From an uncultured delta proteobacterium (lineage in GTDB: Bacteria > Desulfobacterota > Binatia > UBA9968), in NCBI GenBank assembly GCA_963745835.1, contig CAVUZH010000013.1:128001-192000 (forward strand): a stretch of DNA of 64,000 nt. Reading direction: 5' to 3'. This document shows positions 8,981-19,539 of the stretch, in pieces (position 1 is the first letter of the stretch; each line of letters begins with the position of its first letter). The position numbers and the translations under genes were made by a program. The notes under the pieces were generated by a model. The model had not been told where the DNA came from. It worked only from the letters and a program-made list of their open reading frames with translations, and searched no databases.

Positions 8981-10090
8981 TCACAGAGCACCAGCCGTCG
9001 CTGTCGCTCTAGCGATCTCCTCTGCACTGTACCTGTAGGCGCGGAATACTCGATTGTGTTGCGCGTTTGACGGTCCGCCAAAATAGGGATTCACATATTC
9101 CCAAACCACTTCTCCATTTGACGTAACCTCAAAGAGTCGACCGAAATCGCCTTCGCAGATCAGTGTGTTGCCGTTGGCTAACCGCTGCGCATTGGAAATC
9201 CTCGGACTGAAAAAATCGCTTTCTCGTTTTTCCCTATATTCCCAGACGATTTGCTTGGTTGCGGGCTCGACCTCAATGACCCGCGAAAAAGGCATCGCAT
9301 GATCTAGCCGATGAGGCCCGTTGTCGAAGATGAGCAGGTTGCCACTGGGCAGCGGCGTGGGCGCATGTTGGCCGCATAGCGGCGGCGCGCCGAGTTTCCA
9401 GATAATCTTCCCGGTTTTTCGGTCGATAATGATGATGGTGGAGATCGTTCGAAAGCTCACGACGATGTCGCCATTAGGCAGCTCGGCCACGCCGTTGCCA
9501 TGCGCCCATTCTTCTCGCCGTTCTTGAACTGCCGTAATGCAATCAATCTCGGGATCGAGATGTTCCCAAGTGCGCCATTCCCAAACCACATCGCCTTGGG
9601 TCGTCATCTCGACCAAATAATCCGCGTACATCCCACCCTGGTGCTCCGTCCCGGGCATGCCCCCTCTAACTTTTGCGACCAGATGCTGCGGAAGGCGATC
9701 CAAGCAGAGCAGCAGAACGTTGCCGTTGCGCAATCGTATGCCATCGTGATGATGATCCGGATGACGTACTTCCCAGAGAACGCGTCCGTTCCAATCTGCT
9801 TCGAGCACGGCGCCGCCCTTCCACGGTTGCCCGCTGATGAAGCGTTCTGAATCCTCCGCGGTCTTTCCATTGTAGAAGAGCGTGCCTCTCTCAGTCAGAT
9901 AACCGTAATTACCTGGAGGATAAGGCATCTGCCAACTATGAATTGCCTTCCCATCGAGATCGATGAGGTAGACATTGCCCCCGCCGCTCATCGGCGCGAA
10001 CAAAGTCAAGCCCGGAAAGGCTCGGTCGTGATCTACCGCGCGCAAACCAGTACCAGCGCGCTTAAGCTTGTTCTGTTCCACGACCGGCAT
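8981..10090 (-). CDS. Aryl-sulfate sulfotransferase (ASST)-like beta-propeller protein
   Basis: HHHDG, WAHGNG, GQHAP, FDNG, SNAQRLANGNTLICEG, VWEYVNPY. Confidence 0.88.
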   Translation of the reverse strand: MPVVEQNKLKRAGTGLRAVDHDRAFPGLTLFAPMSGGGNVYLIDLDGKAIHSWQMPYPPGNYGYLTERGTLFYNGKTAEDSERFISGQPWKGGAVLEADWNGRVLWEVRHPDHHHDGIRLRNGNVLLLCLDRLPQHLVAKVRGGMPGTEHQGGMYADYLVEMTTQGDVVWEWRTWEHLDPEIDCITAVQERREEWAHGNGVAELPNGDIVVSFRTISTIIIIDRKTGKIIWKLGAPPLCGQHAPTPLPSGNLLIFDNGPHRLDHAMPFSRVIEVEPATKQIVWEYREKRESDFFSPRISNAQRLANGNTLICEGDFGRLFEVTSNGEVVWEYVNPYFGGPSNAQHNRVFRAYRYSAEEIARATATAGAL

Positions 10091-10265
10091 AAGTCCTTCC
10101 CTCCATCATTTGTCGATCCGATTACGTTGTGCTTCTGCGAATTAAACGTCTGCTGGTTTGCCAAACGCAAAACTCCAACGGTTTCCTTGGACGACCTCGG
10201 TAAGTTTTGCTTGCCGATTGCAGTTTCGGATATCGTCTTTCCTTCCAAGACCTCCAGCAATGATT

Positions 10266-10811
10266 CTACGATAACAGGCGCTTGCCGCCGGGCACCGGCG
10301 CGTCAAAGGCATTCAAGGTCATGGCTACCATGGTGTAGAACCCGGCTGCGGCAATTAGCTCGATTAGCAGGTCCAAGCCAAGCGCCGCGAGAGCGCGGTC
10401 ATAGGTTGGCTGGCTCAAGGTGCGCGTCTCATTCAGCTCGGTAATTGTTTCATAGACTACGCGTTCATCTTCGCGGGCGAACTCCGGCGTCGACCGCGTG
10501 CGGATCGCATCCACAACCTCCTCCGTGAGCCCAGCCTTCAATCCATTCTTTTCGTGCACGAACCACTCGTACTGCGCCGACCAGTGGCGCGCGACGACTA
10601 GCACCATCAGTTCAAAGAGCCGCTTGTCGAGCTTGCCGGATAGCCTGAATGCGTTGCCGAACTGATTGGCCCGGTCCGCGAGTTCAGGATTTCTGAGCCA
10701 TATGGCGAACGGACCGCGCACGACACCGCCGCGAGCGCCGCCGATTTCCTGGTAGACACGCCTTTGTTCCGCCGTCATTTCTTCTGAGGCTACATCAGGT
10801 ACACGCGCCAT
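10266..10811 (-). CDS. Carboxymuconolactone decarboxylase family protein
   Basis: RGPFAIWLRNPELA, ARHWSAQYEWFVH, GFYTMVAMTLNAF. AAGGAG RBS. Confidence 0.9.
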   Translation of the reverse strand: MARVPDVASEEMTAEQRRVYQEIGGARGGVVRGPFAIWLRNPELADRANQFGNAFRLSGKLDKRLFELMVLVVARHWSAQYEWFVHEKNGLKAGLTEEVVDAIRTRSTPEFAREDERVVYETITELNETRTLSQPTYDRALAALGLDLLIELIAAAGFYTMVAMTLNAFDAPVPGGKRLLS

Positions 10812-11148
10812 CGAATCTCCTTATCTCGTACTCCGTCCATATTCATCCGTTAAATAACCAGAGTCGTTTCTAACATGCCGTGCGGCTATGATGAAGATCG
10901 ATAACCGGAGAATCGCCGAGCTCCTGTTGATTCACATGTCTCTTACTGAAAGGCTGCGAGACATGCTCCGACACGATTAGCTCATCAAGCTAGCATGGTT
11001 GAGGCAATGACAAAAAGATGGGCATGCACATCGATCTTCATAGTAAGGCCCTCCAATAAACAAAAAGACTAGCAGTTTGATTTCCAGCCGGCACAACTGA
11101 AAAGCGATCAAAGAGGAGATTGGTATGAAGCAGCGGCGAGTATCTACT

Positions 11149-12726
11149 TTAAAAAGTTAACCAGGCCAGTTCTGAAAGCATTCGCTGCAACTCACGGAAA
11201 TCGACCGGCTTGACTAGGTGAGCGTCAAATCCCGCCGCTAATGCGCGTTGCTTGTCTTCCTCCTGGCCATAGCCGCTTGTGCTGATTAAATGAATTTCCG
11301 ACAACTCGGAGCATTGGCGTAGCCGTCGAGCGACTTCGTAGCCGTCAATTCCTGGCAAGCCAAGATCACAGAGCACCACTTCCGGCCGAAACTGCTGGAC
11401 AATAGCAATGCCTTGGATGCCATTGTGGGCAATTTCAGTTTGATGCCCAAGTTCATTCAGTAGCATTTGGGTGCTCCGGGCCGCTATGACATTGTCTTCG
11501 ATAATGACCATTCTGAAAGGACGAATTTTAGGTAAATACCCATGCTCCCGAGAAACCGGTGAGATGCTCGGAGCATCGAGCGGTAGCCGCAATGTAAACG
11601 TTGAGCCCTTACCAACGCCCTCACTTTCGGCCTTCACTTCCCCACCGTGCAGCTCAACTAATCCTTTTACTAGCGCAAGGCCGAGACCGAGTCCCCCTCG
11701 GTTACGGTCAACGGCCCGGTCGGCTTGAATGAACGTCTCGAATATCCGGGGCAGCGTGCCGGCATCTATTCCGATGCCGGTATCCCGTACGGTCAAGATG
11801 GCGCTCTTACCATCCGAAGTTGCACTAAGGCCTACCGTCACCTTGCCCCCGCTCTCCGTAAACTTGGTCGCGTTGTGCAGCAGATTGCCGATGACCTGTT
11901 CGATCCGCGTTCGATCGCCGGTAAAAAACAATGGCTGATCCGGAAGTCTGATTTCCAGCAACAATCCACTAGCTTTGAAACTCTCGTGGTAAGCAGTCAC
12001 AGTCTCTGAAATGATGCCCGAGAGCTCGCAGCGCTTCTTCTCCAGGTGAATCTTGCCCGTCGTTATACGGGTTACATCGAGCAAGTCATCAATCAAACGC
12101 CGCATATGCTGCACCTGCCCGTCGATCATGTCACGCAATTCGAGCGATGCGTCAGTCACGTCTCTGCAGCGCATAAGCTCAAGCGCAGTTGTGATGATTC
12201 CCAATGGATTTCTAAGTTCATGGCCTAGCATCGCCAGGAATTCGTCTTTATGCCGGTTAGCTTCCCGCACCGCTGTTTCTGCTTTCTTGCGCTCCGTTAT
12301 GTCGAGGTTGATTCCGCTGAAACGCATCGGCTGCCCTGTCGGGTTTCGTGAAAGTGTGCCGACACCCATCACCCACCTTTCGCCGCGTGCCGGATGCATA
12401 ATGCGAAACTCTATTCGATATTCGGATTCCGAGTTGAAAAACTCACGTCCATAATCATCGACTCGCTTACGGTCCTCTGGATGCACCAAATGGTTTAACC
12501 ATAAATCATAAGTGAGCCGAACATCCGGGGCGAGTCCATACAGCTCCCGATACTCCGGTGACACATAGACCACGTCCGAGGCCACATCCCAGTCCCAAAC
12601 TCCGGCACCCGCTGCGCGTTGGGCGAGCGATAGGCTCTCATTCGTCCGCCTTAACGCTTCCTCGACATTCGCGGACATGGTTTCAAAAGTTAATTTACAA
12701 TCTGAAGTATTTCCGCTCGTACTCAT
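11149..12726 (-). CDS. Hybrid sensor kinase PAS-HisKA-HATPase-REC
   Basis: PAS_3 (GVWDWD, VHPEDR), H-box LGHELRNPL, N/G boxes, receiver CDLGLPGIDG...KP. Confidence 0.95.
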   Translation of the reverse strand: MSTSGNTSDCKLTFETMSANVEEALRRTNESLSLAQRAAGAGVWDWDVASDVVYVSPEYRELYGLAPDVRLTYDLWLNHLVHPEDRKRVDDYGREFFNSESEYRIEFRIMHPARGERWVMGVGTLSRNPTGQPMRFSGINLDITERKKAETAVREANRHKDEFLAMLGHELRNPLGIITTALELMRCRDVTDASLELRDMIDGQVQHMRRLIDDLLDVTRITTGKIHLEKKRCELSGIISETVTAYHESFKASGLLLEIRLPDQPLFFTGDRTRIEQVIGNLLHNATKFTESGGKVTVGLSATSDGKSAILTVRDTGIGIDAGTLPRIFETFIQADRAVDRNRGGLGLGLALVKGLVELHGGEVKAESEGVGKGSTFTLRLPLDAPSISPVSREHGYLPKIRPFRMVIIEDNVIAARSTQMLLNELGHQTEIAHNGIQGIAIVQQFRPEVVLCDLGLPGIDGYEVARRLRQCSELSEIHLISTSGYGQEEDKQRALAAGFDAHLVKPVDFRELQRMLSELAWLTF

Positions 12727-13150
12727 GTTTGCGCCCCACGAAGAGAATCAACAGGCATGTTCATTTGTTGGATTCAATATAAAATGCGCCTCTGCAATAT
12801 CAAAGAAGGGCGATGGATTTTTCGGGGCTTAATCATGACGTGATTCATCGCCAAGTTCTCCGAGTCAATCGCAGCTAACGCTTCTAAAGCAGAGCAATTG
12901 TTCTTGGAGCAATGCAAAGGACAAGCATTCTCTCCCACGTCTCGTTCGAGAGCCAGATTAATCAACCCTGTCGTTGGTGAATGAACTAGGGTCTGGTATC
13001 TGTTAGTCGGACGAACTGGCGATCTTACCAAAATTGTTACAGGGGAAACTCAATTCCAACGAACCTATTCAAGATCACCATCGTGATTGGCCGGGAAAAG
13101 GATTGAACAGTGAACAGACCTCTGAAACAGAGTCTGGAGAGCGACTAAGA

Positions 13151-13939
13151 TTAATTTGATAATGCCACTTCATCACCGACGCGAATCTGGCCACCGGCGC
13201 CAGTTGGCAGCATCGCCACGGCGAAGGTTGGGTTCTCCTGGCCTAACTTCTGGGTCAAGGTCGTGAGAATTGGTAGATCCCGTTGGCCTGTTGTGGGATT
13301 CGCATGAGTGGCGAGGCACCTGGTTTTCGGTTTGACGACGTCAAAGTCGACGGCGCCGATGCGGACCTTTCGACCTATCCAGCTTTGCTCCTCCCAGGCT
13401 GTCAGCCCATCAATCGCAATGTTCGAGCGAAAGCGTAGCTCGCTAACCTCGTCCCCAACCGCAGCTTGTACTGCTTCAAGACTTGCCCGTCCGTGCAATG
13501 TGACCCGACCTGCCGGTTCGTCGTGGTATCGCGGTGAATGGCCGTCGCCGATCACGCGTAAAGGTAAACGCTCCGGGTGATCTGTGAGAGGATTCACGTC
13601 GAGTTCGATCACGTAGGCGGCCAACACTGCGGCGAGGCGCTGCCTGCCTTGCGAATTCAACTCTTCATCGAACAAGACCGAAGTTCCCAAGCTGACGTGC
13701 AACCGAAATGATTCTTGGTCAAACCTGACGTTGAGACGGGCTAAACCCGGCGTATTTATCAGCGCCACCATACCGGATTTTCTGCTCCAGGCATCATCGG
13801 CCGCTTCCGTATCGGCAAACCTTACACCGAGGACTCGATCGCCGGCGATTCTCCCTTCATCGAGTACCGTCAGAGTATCGCACGCTTCAGGCGTGAAACC
13901 CTTTACCGGATAGCGGTACAGCGCGACAACATGCGGCAT
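13151..13939 (-). CDS. MOSC domain-containing protein
   Basis: LYRYPVKG, GDR, RFRSNI, RCLATHANP, IRVGD. Confidence 0.9.
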   Translation of the reverse strand: MPHVVALYRYPVKGFTPEACDTLTVLDEGRIAGDRVLGVRFADTEAADDAWSRKSGMVALINTPGLARLNVRFDQESFRLHVSLGTSVLFDEELNSQGRQRLAAVLAAYVIELDVNPLTDHPERLPLRVIGDGHSPRYHDEPAGRVTLHGRASLEAVQAAVGDEVSELRFRSNIAIDGLTAWEEQSWIGRKVRIGAVDFDVVKPKTRCLATHANPTTGQRDLPILTTLTQKLGQENPTFAVAMLPTGAGGQIRVGDEVALSN

Positions 13940-14080
13940 CGGCAACTCCTTTTCTGAACTTCGTTCATGACACCTCACAAGCTATTGACGCAGTTATGTC
14001 CTCTGCCCACTCGCCTGTTGACGTAATACGCTGACACTCACAGTCGGATGGCTCAATCGCCGAGCAAATTATGCAATCCC

Positions 14081-14512
14081 TCACCCGATTTCGGCGACTA
14101 ATTGCTCAACCCTACATCGCACTTCTCGATAAACCTCGTCGGCAGATTCATCAGTCATGCCAACCGGGTCCTGAATATCCCAGAACAGGACTTTGTTACA
14201 TTCTTGCAAGTAACTTGGCCATCTCTCCTTCTCCGCGATGACGACGACTAGATCCGCTGTGGTAATCATTTCAGGGATCAGTTGTTGTTTTTCTTTCTCG
14301 CCGATGTCTCTACCTAACTCTCTTCTGACGTAGCGGAGTGAACTCTGGTTCGGATTGTCTTTGAGTTTTTTACTGGCTAGCTTCATTGCTGCGAGCCTTT
14401 CATTGACCGCGATTCCCGCGCTCTCGCAATCGTGCTTCGATAGTTTTTCGAAGTATGCATGAGCTACCTGACTTCGCCCGACATTGGCATAACAGATAAA
14501 TAGCACTTTCAT
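14081..14512 (-). CDS. Low-molecular-weight phosphatase / arsenate reductase family
   Basis: P-loop FICYANVGRSQ, SAG, WDIQDP. Confidence 0.88.
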   Translation of the reverse strand: MKVLFICYANVGRSQVAHAYFEKLSKHDCESAGIAVNERLAAMKLASKKLKDNPNQSSLRYVRRELGRDIGEKEKQQLIPEMITTADLVVVIAEKERWPSYLQECNKVLFWDIQDPVGMTDESADEVYREVRCRVEQLVAEIG

Positions 14513-14684
14513 AGTTTTTGCTGATTCTCGGAACGTTCGGGACAGTACTCGTGTATCGGTTCCCCCGGCTTCTATTATTGCGCCGCTTGTTCAGCGCTCC
14601 ACCTACCAGCGCTATCTTTGAGAGCCGATTTTGTAGCTCGCTGAGTATTTGTCATATTCGCTGCTAGTTTTTATCGGCGGGAGT

Positions 14685-15467
14685 TTAAGGCACCACGCCC
14701 CGCACGGCCCACGCTTTGGCCTTGAGCGAAAATGGCCCGTCGGAACCATTACCCAAGACCTTCTGTCGCAGCTTTTTTCTCAACGCCTCATGACCATCTG
14801 CCGATAGACGCTTCATGTACACACCCGAAGGACTGTCGCCATCCAAACAACGTTGCCAGAGTTCATCAAATGAAGAAAACTGGCACGCCATCGACAAGTC
14901 TGTAATCTCGATTTCGGTCAAACCAGCGCTATTCCAGAGCTGTGAAAGTGCTTCGGGAGAACCGTACGATTTCCGCCTCTCAGAGGGCCGTTTCGCTGTC
15001 GGATCGGTCGCTTCGGCGGCATCCCAAAAGCAGCCGTAAAGCTCATTATCGTGGCTACGGTCCCACATGGCGGTTGCGACGACACCCAGTGTTTTGGTAA
15101 CGCGGCGCATTTCTTTCGTGGCCTTCGGGGCATCCGGAATGTGATCAACCGCGAGCAGAGCCACGCATACGTCGAAAGTGTGGTCTGGGTAACGCAAATC
15201 TTGCGCGTCGGCGACTTCAAAGATTACCCGAGGATCGGCAACTTGCATTCGCGCATATTCAATGAACCCCTGAGAAGGATCTATGCCGACGATCTTTGAC
15301 GCTCCCGTGACTTTCGCCAAAGTCGCTGAAAGCGATCCCGTCCCACAGCCAGCATCGAGCACCTTCTCACCATCCCGAACACCGACAAAGTCCACAAATA
15401 AGGGCGCTAACTGGCGGCTCCATCGCCCCATCCTCTCTTCGTAAGCTTCAGCGACTTCAAACATCAT
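14685..15467 (-). CDS. Class I SAM-dependent methyltransferase
   Basis: YEERMGRWS, VLDAGCGTG motif I. Confidence 0.92.
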   Translation of the reverse strand: MMFEVAEAYEERMGRWSRQLAPLFVDFVGVRDGEKVLDAGCGTGSLSATLAKVTGASKIVGIDPSQGFIEYARMQVADPRVIFEVADAQDLRYPDHTFDVCVALLAVDHIPDAPKATKEMRRVTKTLGVVATAMWDRSHDNELYGCFWDAAEATDPTAKRPSERRKSYGSPEALSQLWNSAGLTEIEITDLSMACQFSSFDELWQRCLDGDSPSGVYMKRLSADGHEALRKKLRQKVLGNGSDGPFSLKAKAWAVRGVVP

Positions 15468-15561
15468 GTCCTCCGGTTGGCGGTTGCAGATTAATCATCA
15501 TCAAGTTCGTCGACTGTTCGACCAGAAGATCGACGTCCGAGTAACACATAAAGACGAGCAG

Positions 15562-16028
15562 CTAACGCGCCTTCACCGCGCGTTTTCCATGGCTATCCTG
15601 CGGTACGCCGCGGGCCAACGACATGTGCGAATGAACGCCAAGCCAGCGGCCGTCCGGCTGCCTCGCCAGAACTATTGTGGCCCGGCCCGGACGGTCGAAG
15701 GCTGTTCCATCTTCATGGAAACCCGTGCTCGTCCAGGGCGCGATCGCGACTGCCATCGCGCCGTCCGGCGCGGCCATGACCATGGTGTTTGCCAAGTCGA
15801 AGCGGAACTCCGCCGTGCGCGGCCAGACATTGTCCCATTGCCGTTCCGTCCAGGCCGATAGACTCTTCACCAGTTCCTGATACGTGCCGAAGATGACAAT
15901 GTCGGGGTGCCAGAACGGTCGCGCCGCCGCGTAGTCGACCTCCCGCACGCAAACGGCGAAATGATCGAGCCATTCTCGCGCACCGCGGCGGAAATCTCGG
16001 AATTAGCCTCTGGTAAGGGCAAGTTCAT
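15562..16028 (-). pseudogene. NTF2/SnoaL-like protein, frameshifted near 15975 (or sequencing error)
   Basis: ATG 16028 with GAGAGG RBS gives MNLPLPEANSEISAAVRE, 2 nt out of frame with WLDHFAVCVREVDYAAAR...WLGVHSHMS. Confidence 0.75.
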
Positions 16029-16157
16029 CTTGCACCTCTCGTCATCTGGCTGGTCATTAGCGAAACTTCTCCGGGTTACCTCCGAAGCGACTCAAAGGCC
16101 GATAAAAGCAACCAGAGAATAGCGCTATACCGAACTGAATAATTCTGTGACGAAGTC

Positions 16158-17123
16158 TCACTTGATCACCTTATCAGCACGGGCAAGGACAGTCGGCGGA
16201 ATCGTGAGGCCGATCTGCTTTGCGGTTTTCAGATTGATGACCAGCTCGAACTTTGTCGGTTGCTCGATGGGAAGGTCTGCTGGCTTGGTGCCCTTAAGAA
16301 TTTTGTCTACGTAATGTGCGACGCGGCGATACATAAAAATGTAATCTGCTCCGTAGGACATAAGTCCACCAGCTTCCACGAACTCCCTATCTGCGTACAG
16401 GGTTGGAAGGCGGTTCTTTACTGCAAGCTCTACGATCCGTTCGTGGTGATTAGCGGTAAGAGGGTTCCTTAGTAGGAGCACTGCTTGAGCGCGTCCCTTG
16501 CTTACGGCTTCAAACGCGGGTTCAATTTCCTTCGCGCTCTGTACCTCAAGGTATTGAAGCTGGAGTCCCAACGCCGCTGCCGCGAGTTCCGACTCTTTTA
16601 ACCCTTGTGCGTTGGCCGGAGCGGTCGAATTTCCGAAGAAAGCCACGCGGGAGAGTTTGGGGATAACCTCCTTCAGAAGCTCCAGCCTCTTCCCACTTAA
16701 CTCAGGGGAAAGAGTGGCCAGTCCGGTGATGTGTCCACCAGGCTTCGCAAGGCTGCTGACCAGCCCTAATGCTACAGGGTCGCCAACATTGGAGATGACG
16801 ATGGGAAGTGTTTTGGTAGCATTTTTAGCGTGCGGAACTGCTGGGCCAACTGCCCAGATGACGTCTACATTGAGACGCACTAACTCCTCCGCGAGTTTGG
16901 GCAAGCGGTCAACTTTTCCTTCGGCGTAGCGGTACTCGATGACGATATTCTTGCCTTCTAAGTAACCAAGATCGCGCAGTGCCTGCTGAAATGCCTCTAC
17001 CGAAGGATTCGGCGACGAATCGCCTCGCAGAACGCCTACCAGAGAAACCTTCGCTGATTGCTGCGCGTCAGCAAAATCGATATTCACCACGATAAAGCCG
17101 ATCAGCAAAAGAACAGTCTTCAT
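16158..17123 (-). CDS. ABC transporter substrate-binding protein (PF04392-like)
   Basis: LGYLEGKNIVIEYRYAEG, GGLMSYG, PADLPIEQPTKFELVINLKTAKQIG. Confidence 0.93.
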   Translation of the reverse strand: MKTVLLLIGFIVVNIDFADAQQSAKVSLVGVLRGDSSPNPSVEAFQQALRDLGYLEGKNIVIEYRYAEGKVDRLPKLAEELVRLNVDVIWAVGPAVPHAKNATKTLPIVISNVGDPVALGLVSSLAKPGGHITGLATLSPELSGKRLELLKEVIPKLSRVAFFGNSTAPANAQGLKESELAAAALGLQLQYLEVQSAKEIEPAFEAVSKGRAQAVLLLRNPLTANHHERIVELAVKNRLPTLYADREFVEAGGLMSYGADYIFMYRRVAHYVDKILKGTKPADLPIEQPTKFELVINLKTAKQIGLTIPPTVLARADKVIK

Positions 17124-17412
17124 GCGCCGATTCTTACCGCTGTTCGATGGGCTTTGTCCAGAAAGTTCTACCGGTGAGACCATTAGGGTCGATTACTTTT
17201 AACGTTCGTGAAGGGATCTTTTCAAAAAGCGCGTAGCGGCGTTACCTGAAGCGCCAAAACATTTGCCATGCTGATATCCTTTTTACCTAGTTTAAACTCT
17301 CTCGCGCTTCCGTGAGAATCGAAGGATCTGCCACTTCATTCAAGGCGGCGCAAAACTTCTACACCTGACGCTTGCACGGTTGATGCGCCATCGTCACAGC
17401 TCGTTCAGTGCG

Positions 17413-17808
17413 CTACGACGCGAGTAGTTCCATAATCCTGGACCTCAAAGCTTCGGATCGATCTTCGATGTCTCTGACAGCCAGGTCCGGTAGCTGCATA
17501 GAAAGCAACAACAAGACCGCACAACGAGCGTAGATAGCCTTTGACTTCACTGCCGCATGGGAGAGATGTTCGTCAATCCAACACCGACCACTGATGAAGC
17601 CGAAACACAACGCTTGCTCTTCAGTCTCGAAGCTCTGATTGAGGTTCTTCATTTCATGATAATAAAAGTTGTTCTGGTCACCATCGATGAAAACGTCCTG
17701 AACAACACTAGCGTAAGGCATCCAGCCTTCAAGCTCATCATCGTAGTATGGTCGAGAGAACAAAGTATGTTTTCTGTACATTGAGGCAGTCATGCGCGGA
17801 ACTCCCAT
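17413..17808 (-). CDS. Hypothetical protein
   Basis: 131-aa ORF with plausible composition, no recognisable motif. Confidence 0.4.
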   Translation of the reverse strand: MGVPRMTASMYRKHTLFSRPYYDDELEGWMPYASVVQDVFIDGDQNNFYYHEMKNLNQSFETEEQALCFGFISGRCWIDEHLSHAAVKSKAIYARCAVLLLLSMQLPDLAVRDIEDRSEALRSRIMELLAS

Positions 17809-18306
17809 GTTGAGGCTCTGGCTGGCCGATTAGAATAATGGTCCATAGGCTTTGTTCCCTCCACACACCACCCTGCGCCTACTCAATGATTGATTGCTGT
17901 CTAAGATTAGACACTTTCTAACGGCCTCCTTCTGTTTGCATCTGGGGGATCAAAAAGCACCGATGGGCTTCCGAGGTGGAAGTGAGCTGCTGGTTTAATC
18001 TGCTGCACTGCGCTCAGCAGTGTGTCTTCCGGACACTTGATTTCCACTCTCGGCAAAACTTCATAACAGACGCAGGATGATCTCGCACAAATCTGTTCTC
18101 GCGCTTAAACGGCCAGCCAGAACCGGTAGCTTGAAATAGGAGTCCTCGATGGCCAGTCTGCTCTACAAATCACCATATTGTCATTCTACAGCTCCTCAAT
18201 TCACAAACCGATGGGGCTGGTCGGTTGTCGCCTGATGGGTTGAGGATGATCGCCAGAAGTTGCGTCCGATCAAGAATTGGTTTCAGCAAGTTGAGTTGAT
18301 CAGCAG

Positions 18307-18972
18307 CTACTCAGGGTCGGACGCTCGCCAACCCTCACCGTAGCGAAGCTCGGTGAAAGCCAGTGGCTCAGCGCGACCTGGCTGCCGGAGCAGATGCCAG
18401 AGGTGGTCGTATTCAGTGCGCGGGTAGCAGCTATTATCAGTGCAGGGTACGCACATGCTGCCTGGAGTGCAGGACTGGCCATGCGACGCAACCGGGATGC
18501 CCAGTCGATTCAGAATTGCAAAAATATTTTCGCTGTTCAGCGCCGCAAGCGCGACGCTCCCGGGCGGAAGGTTAAGCAAGGCTGCTGAGATCGGCTCTAT
18601 CGGGGCTCGCCGTGAGGTTTGCTCTGTGACCGGTTGCGCGTCGAGGGTTGAGCCGGGCACCGGCAACTGGATCACCGCGAGGCCCTGCGCTGACGCAATG
18701 GCTTCGACCATCTGGCGAGCACGAGTGGTGTGGCTCGCGAAGATGTGCGTGAACTTTACGCCGCGTACCGTCTGAACCAATAACTCCGCTCTCTGGCGCC
18801 CTGCTGCGGTCAGCGGCAACGCCGGCAGCGAACCATCCGTCTCGGAGTGCCGAACAATGAAAATGGAAACAGGCTGCGCTTGAGCGTGCGGCTGATCTGG
18901 CGGCAAGAATTGCGCGGCGATAATGAGAAATGCGGTGACCAGAATATTGCGACCAATTTTGCGAATGCGCAT
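18307..18972 (-). CDS. Secreted histidine phosphatase (SixA/PGM-like) family protein
   Basis: GGAGG RBS before MRIRKIG, signal peptide, IFIVRHSET, LTAAGRQRA, IFASHTTRARQ. Confidence 0.8.
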   Translation of the reverse strand: MRIRKIGRNILVTAFLIIAAQFLPPDQPHAQAQPVSIFIVRHSETDGSLPALPLTAAGRQRAELLVQTVRGVKFTHIFASHTTRARQMVEAIASAQGLAVIQLPVPGSTLDAQPVTEQTSRRAPIEPISAALLNLPPGSVALAALNSENIFAILNRLGIPVASHGQSCTPGSMCVPCTDNSCYPRTEYDHLWHLLRQPGRAEPLAFTELRYGEGWRASDPE

Positions 18973-19335
18973 ATAGTACCTCCACTGTGTTGATGACTGC
19001 GTCGCGAAACGTTTCGGGTGAGCGGTGTCCGCGCGCCATCTAACCCGGTGGTTTGGCGTCCCGTTCAGTTCCGTCGTTATTTTCGGCCGATCTCGGGCTC
19101 CCACTAAACAGCTCGGCCTCGACCGATCCACGACGGGGAGCCAACGCAAATCCGAAGCGCCGAAAGTTTTGATGCGGATGAAGTTCTCAAGCAGCGCCTA
19201 AGAATGTTCACCATATAAGGCTCGGTAGCGAATGCTGTCTACTAATGGACAACTAGAAAGATTATCGTGGAAATCGATCTACTTACGTGCCGTGCATGCG
19301 GGCTTTACTGGAGCGCCCGACCGCTGATTTAAGAC

Positions 19336-19365
19336 GATTGCCCTGATGGATAATTCAATGCGATC
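19336..19365. repeat. TGA-N8-TCA family palindrome (B-type)
   Basis: GATTGCCCTGA TGGATAAT TCAATGCGATC. Confidence 0.75.
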
Positions 19366-19539
19366 TCGTGGCTAAAATAAAGCTAGAAACAATTTTATAC
19401 CTATGTTTACTGGAACAGTGCGGCACCAATCACGGAGATGACCCAACGATTGCGCCTCGTACGTGTCCAGCAGGTAAAAAGTCGCACCCAGTCACAGCAA
19501 TGCTGCCCCGCGGAATCTGCGCGCTCATATTCCCCGAAC

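Noticed and set aside
16125-16150. Further half-matches to the palindrome arm (also 35164-35183, 57560-57583)
   Set aside because: Only one arm or wrong spacing; could be chance without a PWM test.
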